Positions 63,104-64,000 of a stretch of 64,000 bases of DNA are shown one piece after another; position 1 is the stretch's first letter, and each line of letters starts with the position of its first letter. Origin of the DNA: Octopus bimaculoides (Eukaryota). The translations under genes were made by a program, and so were the position numbers. The notes under the pieces were generated by a model. The model saw only the letters and a list, made by a program, of their open reading frames with translations. It was not told the origin of the DNA and ran no database searches. The DNA lies in the NCBI RefSeq assembly GCF_001194135.2, contig NC_068994.1:58517305-58581304 (forward strand), read 5' to 3'.

Positions 63104-63164
63104 GTAGGGGCACCATCTTTTTCCGTCTTCTTTATATATGTGTGTGTGTGTGTGTGAATGTATG

Positions 63165-63226
<62 letters not shown>

Positions 63227-63227
<1 letters not shown>

Positions 63228-63533
63228 ACGAGGGTGAGTCAAAAAGTAATGCCATTTTGTTTAGGACAGGTGTAATTACCAACACAAGAACATGTATCAT
63301 ACATCAAAATGAAGCTGGTCCTCTGTGGATCACATCCCTACTTCTCAACAAGTCACCGTTTCTCTCAATAGCAATGTTCCACCCTCGAATGAGAGCATGT
63401 ATCCCTGCCCCGCATAATTCTGTTGACTGTTCTTTGAGCCACTTCTTCACTGCAGTTTTCACTTCCTCGTCACTGGACTATCATCTCTTCGGCCCCATGA
63501 AAGAGGGTTTGAGAGGCAAACATTATTCCAGTG
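63227..63533. mobile_element. Mariner transposon remnant (TA + TIR, transposase C-terminus) with internal inversion
   Basis: TA-CGAGGGTGAGTCAAAAAGTAAT terminus; DYHLFGPMKEGLRGKHY on +; DEEVKTAVKKWLKEQ...GIHALIRGW on -. Confidence 0.8.
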
Positions 63534-63948
63534 TGTGTGTGTGTGTGTATATGTATGTATAATGTATGTATGTATATGCATTTATGTGTGTGTGTGTGTG
63601 CATTTGTTTGCGAATGCACATTCCATGCATCTTCATAAACATTGTTTGAGCCAAAATGGTGACAGTCACATTCTCCAGTAAACAGAAGTCCTGAAGTTCA
63701 GCCATTTTATTGCTTTCAATATATGAGGACTGATGGAAGGGAAAATACCTTACTTGGGAGTAAGTAAGGGTTGGCAACCGATGGAGGAGGAGGGATCCAC
63801 TCATTGGATATCTGCCTTTGTAAGTTCCATCTAACTCATGCTAGCATGGAAAAAACAGACATAAAAATGATAATGATCATCATCACCATCACCATTCTTG
63901 ATTACACACACACATTCACACATAAATTATTTTTATGTTCTGTTTCAG

Positions 63949-64000
63949 GTTTTTAGATTCACGAGTGTTTGCTACCTGTTCAGATGACACCACCGTGTCG
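63949..64000 (+). CDS. DCAF10: DCAF10 exon 3, partial (FLDSRVFATCSDDTTVS), runs off window
   Basis: FLD-x-R-x-FATCSDDTT motif; gtttcag| acceptor phase 2. Confidence 0.92.

Overview
Repeat-rich, AT-rich eukaryotic genomic DNA with about ten N-gaps and abundant (TA)n/(CA)n/(CAT)n/(GATA)n microsatellites. The SINE repertoire and style suggest a coleoid cephalopod (Octopus-like); this is inference. Three spliced protein genes can be reconstructed by hand. (1) A complete type II pantothenate kinase on + (6 coding exons, 12378-17469, 362 aa). (2) A large very-KIND/KNDC1-like gene on - (KIND1, KIND2, RasGEF_N, CDC25; about 23 exons traced from 54798 to 27419, >2800 aa, giant low-complexity exons, 3' end probably partly in a gap). 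(3) The first three exons of DCAF10/WDR32 on + (59170 to window end), head-to-head with KNDC1. The rest is SINEs, LINE/LTR/DNA-transposon relics and a truncated 5S rRNA copy. The most striking non-genic signal is five hammerhead-ribozyme-like motifs plus one half motif, from several unrelated short repeat families. Most have a minimal palindromic stem III and inverted partial duplications, as in Penelope-like elements; two sit at the tail of a tRNA-headed SINE. Also notable: two long hairpins, an in-frame internal donor that could remove a 794-aa polyQ-rich block, and 3' splice sites pushed away from their pyrimidine tracts by (ACC)n microsatellites. Coordinates were counted by hand (expect a few nt error); no database searches were run. 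Nearly all supplied six-frame ORFs are microsatellite or gap artefacts.
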